From contig OZ024760.1 in assembly GCA_964016885.1 (NCBI GenBank), forward strand, positions 16,244,001 to 16,308,000: a stretch of DNA of 64,000 nt, given 5' to 3'. The position numbers and the translations under genes are program-made. This stretch comes from Eledone cirrhosa. Taxonomy: Eukaryota. Below the pieces are notes generated by a model. It saw only the letters and a list, made by a program, of their open reading frames with translations. It had not been told where the DNA came from and ran no database searches. The number at the start of each line of letters is the position of its first letter. Within the stretch, counting starts at the first letter, position 1. Of the stretch, positions 60,610 to 64,000 are shown piece after piece.

Positions 60610-60920
60610 AAGTAATTCGCGTAAAGCGGGCGAGACAAATAAACAAACAGGGAAAGATTGATAGCAACTCAAAGATAGGAAAAACAAGCAACATGGTTAT
60701 CCGGTCAGCTTAAACTGGGTGGATTTCATGAGCGAGCGAGATACAGACCATCGGACGTGAGATATATATATATATATATATATACATATATTAGAAAATG
60801 AGGTTTTTTTACAAAATGAAAAAAAAAAAAAACGAGATGTTCTACACGAGTGAAAGTATAAGGAAAAAAGATGAAATCGAAAATGCAACTGGAGTCTTTT
60901 TAAGAATATTTATTTGGTCC

Positions 60921-60956
60921 CTTTACCGGTTTCGCAGTTCTTGTGCTTTTCAAAAG
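60921..60956 (-). ncRNA. Decayed type I hammerhead in a TA-flanked island
   Basis: CUU-UUGAAAA-GCA/UGC-GAAA-CCGG-UA^AAG (two core mismatches). Confidence 0.45.
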
Positions 60957-60980
60957 TAGAATTGAGATGGAGGGTTTGTG

Positions 60981-61017
<37 letters not shown>

Positions 61018-61020
<3 letters not shown>

Positions 61021-61097
61021 GAAGGACCTGTGGTAAGGAACCAGGTGGACCATAACGCACCAGAGTACTCGATGCTTAGGGTAGTAGAGTGGGTACA
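61018..61097 (-). mobile_element. Family A tail only
   Basis: Reverse complement of acccactctactaccctaag...ggtccacctggttccttaccac. Confidence 0.8.
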
Positions 61098-61109
61098 CCT
61101 ATATATGAG

Positions 61110-61177
<68 letters not shown>

Positions 61178-61180
<3 letters not shown>

Positions 61181-61269
61181 ATAATAAATGTGAATAAAAA
61201 TCCGAAGAGGGCTCGATGATCCCGTTGAGGGTGAAAGCAGCGATTCTTTGCTTAAACTTTAATCTGTTC

Positions 61270-61273
<4 letters not shown>
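61178..61273. mobile_element. Family D inverted tail joined to forward hammerhead fragment
   Basis: Junction at ...gggctcgat|gatcccgttgagggtgaaagcag. Confidence 0.75.
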
Positions 61274-61321
<48 letters not shown>

Positions 61322-61323
<2 letters not shown>

Positions 61324-61406
61324 GGGTCTCCCAAAAAATGTATACATACTTTGATTACATGCTGCTGAAGTGTGTATACATTTTTTTTTGGGGGGGGGGG
61401 CACACC

Positions 61407-61409
<3 letters not shown>
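61322..61409. mobile_element. Tc1/mariner-type mini-MITE
   Basis: cagggt...accctg TIRs; inverted homologue of 55895-55970. Confidence 0.75.
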
Positions 61410-61454
<45 letters not shown>

Positions 61455-61739
61455 ACATACATATATCAAAGACATGCCCGATGTTTCAGAAAGACAGTAC
61501 AATGTGGTAGAAATATATAAAGGGCAAGGTATGACAAATAAAACAAATGTTTTTACCCAGTATATTCATAATATTTCGAGGTTAAAACACTCTTTTCAAA
61601 TGTATTGGGTCGTCAAGTATGAAATTTGTAGAAATTGTTTTTTTTCATAAATTTCTACAAATTTCATAATTGACGACCCAATAAAAACGAAAACTATTTA
61701 AAACAAAACGATCGATCGGTTATGGATTGCCCCCAGGCC

Positions 61740-62060
61740 GCCGGAAAAACGTCAGAGGGCGGACAATATCCAGTACTGTTTAGTCAGGGTCCCCACAGTC
61801 ACATGCTGGGATGTCTTTCATTTTCCATCGATGGAGATGATGGGCTGTCCTAGCATGAGTTGTGTGGATCTGATTAAGGGACATCCATTGCTTTCTAGGA
61901 AGTTCAAAGCCGGTTGGTTTAGATGTAAGGTCCTGGACGAGGTCTTGCTGGGCATACTGTACTGCAGAGGTTCTCACACTTTCTGGGCCATCCCTCCACT
62001 CACAGCCACATCGTACCCTCAGCGCCCCCAACTCTATTTCCAGAGAGAACTGCCTACACG
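61740..62060 (-). pseudogene. Ingi/Vingi-type (I-group) LINE ORF C-terminus with zinc knuckle
   Basis: PTGFELPRKQWMSLNQIHTTHARTAHHLHRWKMKDIPACDCGDPD*TVLDI matches the W..LNR.RTG...W.....CDCG...QT..HI pattern. Confidence 0.75.
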
Positions 62061-62134
62061 CAAATTGTAAATAATATATAATAAATAATATATATACTAT
62101 GTATAAATGAACATTATATATTATTTATTTATAT

Positions 62135-62308
62135 TGGTAGAAGGTCGGACGCCATGCTTTGTAGCATAGAGTTACGGCCCTTTATAATCTGAGTTCAAAT
62201 CTCGCCGCGGTTAACTTTGCCTTTCACCCTTACGGGGTCGATAAAGTAAAGTACCAGTAATGCACTGGGGAAATTGCTGGCCTTGTGCCAAAAGTAGAAA
62301 CAATTATA
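62135..62308 (+). mobile_element. OK-type SINE
   Basis: B box, central domain, tail. Confidence 0.9.
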
Positions 62309-62499
62309 TATTATTTATTTTACTATATTTATATATGTATCATTTGATATTTGATATACTATTATATCATCTCTACCGCCCCCTTTAGCCCCCAGTACCC
62401 CCTTTAGCCCCCAGTACCCCCTTAGGCACCAACGTCCCCTGGATTTTCTCAAGCCAGCACCCACTTAAAGAACTTCTACTGTACAATGCATGTAATTTT

Positions 62500-62648
62500 A
62501 CATCGTATCAACACAGTAAACTGTTATACAATAGCTATGTCCTCACATCGTATCAACACAGTAAACTGTTATACAATAGCTATGCCCTCACATCGTATCA
62601 ACACAGTAAACTGTTATACAATAGCTATGCCCTCACATTGTATCAACA
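62500..62648. repeat. 45-bp tandem repeat, about 3.3 copies
   Basis: catcgtatcaacacagtaaactgttatacaatagctatg.cctca. Confidence 0.9.
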
Positions 62649-62892
62649 GATTATACCATATAATAACCTTGTTTCGTATCTTCAGATCGAGTCGACTGGC
62701 TAACTTAAAATGGCTTCCACTCCAGCAAGAGAGTCAGGTTGTACTGTTTCGATGGAGTACACCCCGCCAACACCTCCGTTAACACCACAGAAACATAAAC
62801 TACTAAGCAGCAACAATTCTTTGAATGTGAAGCAATCTCTCATTTCTGTTACTAGAAGCCAAGTCAAGGTATGTATATCTTCTGCATGTGTC

Positions 62893-62981
<89 letters not shown>

Positions 62982-63119
62982 TCACTTTGTTCCTTCTACA
63001 TGGAGTTGCGACCGATAGATAGTATTAGCAATTGGAAAGACCAACGGAAACATTGTTTCCTCGGTCCGATTTGACGAAAGTCGATCGTTCCTGCTATATA
63101 ATATATATATATATACACA

Positions 63120-63220
<101 letters not shown>

Positions 63221-63258
63221 ATATATATGCATATATATATATGTATATATATATATGC

Positions 63259-63290
<32 letters not shown>

Positions 63291-63308
63291 GCATATATAT
63301 ATATATGC

Positions 63309-63340
<32 letters not shown>

Positions 63341-63342
63341 GC

Positions 63343-63395
<53 letters not shown>

Positions 63396-63474
63396 GATGT
63401 TAAGAACAGCCAATCAGAAGTAAATATGGGTCACGTGGTCCATTCTAATATTATCCATCTACTTTTTTCGATAG

Positions 63475-63679
63475 GAATACAAGATGAGAAGAAGTAAACC
63501 AACTGACAAATATTCGTCATCATCATCACCACCACCATCATCCACATCATCATCATCATCATCATCAGCGCCTGAATGTTCCAGCAGACCCCGATCCGTA
63601 GATAGCATCATACCCAAAATCTACTCAGCAGCCCCTCCAATCACTTTAGTTTCCCCCCTTCATTCTATGTTGTCTCACG
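63475..63679 (+). CDS. Candidate internal coding exon, Ser/Pro-rich, unknown gene
   Basis: Polypyrimidine tract plus ttcgatag acceptor, single open frame [17 protein letters not shown]...[30 protein letters not shown], consensus donor G|GTAAGT. Confidence 0.45.
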
Positions 63680-63694
63680 GTAAGTCACCCTTCA

Positions 63695-63943
63695 TCATAC
63701 AATTTATAACACACTTCGCCATTCAATACACAATTTATAACACACTTCGCCATTCAATACACAATTTATAACACACTTCATTATTCAATACACAATTTAT
63801 AACACACTTCGCCATTCAATACACAATTTATAACACACTTCATTATTCAATACACAATTTATAACACACTTCGCCATTCAATACACAATTTATAACACAC
63901 TTCGCCATTCAATACACAATGTATAACACACTTCATTATTCAA
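63695..63943. repeat. 31-bp tandem repeat, about 8 copies
   Basis: caatacacaatttataacacacttc(gcc/att)att. Confidence 0.95.
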
Positions 63944-64000
63944 GTGGATTGGCAATATCGGTAGAGAGTGGGACACCATGCTTTGAAGCATAGAGTTACG
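63944..64000 (+). mobile_element. OK-type SINE 5' end, running off the window
   Basis: gtggattggcaatatcggtagag... Confidence 0.8.

Noticed and set aside
61556-61683. Decayed hammerhead (UUGAAAA-GAG/CUC-GAAA, minus strand) next to an 80-bp inverted repeat
   Set aside because: Probably another PLE remnant, but too many core mismatches to list as a feature.

Overview
This is non-genic or intronic, AT-rich eukaryotic DNA, almost certainly from an octopod cephalopod (OK-type and CORE-type tRNA-derived SINEs, very high (TA)n/(CA)n/(GA)n/(GATA)n/(GTT)n load, a 200-N scaffold gap). Nearly every ORF in the supplied track is a microsatellite artefact. Recognisable content: decayed RTE, Tx1/L1 and Ingi/Vingi LINE fragments, Tc1/mariner, pogo and piggyBac-type MITEs, several minisatellites and two candidate exons. 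The main signal is in the short unique islands sitting inside (TA)n tracts. They fall into about 10 families of non-coding Penelope-like-element (PLE) pseudo-LTR remnants, often arranged as foldbacks with a one-sided tail, and most carry hammerhead ribozyme (HHR) motifs. Besides canonical minimal type I HHRs there are three unusual forms: (1) a non-circularly permuted, multiply pseudoknotted HHR at three diverged loci with many compensatory changes, (2) a family with a fixed U4A core (CAGAAGA), and (3) a family with no stem II. All structures were folded by eye; none has been computed or assayed.
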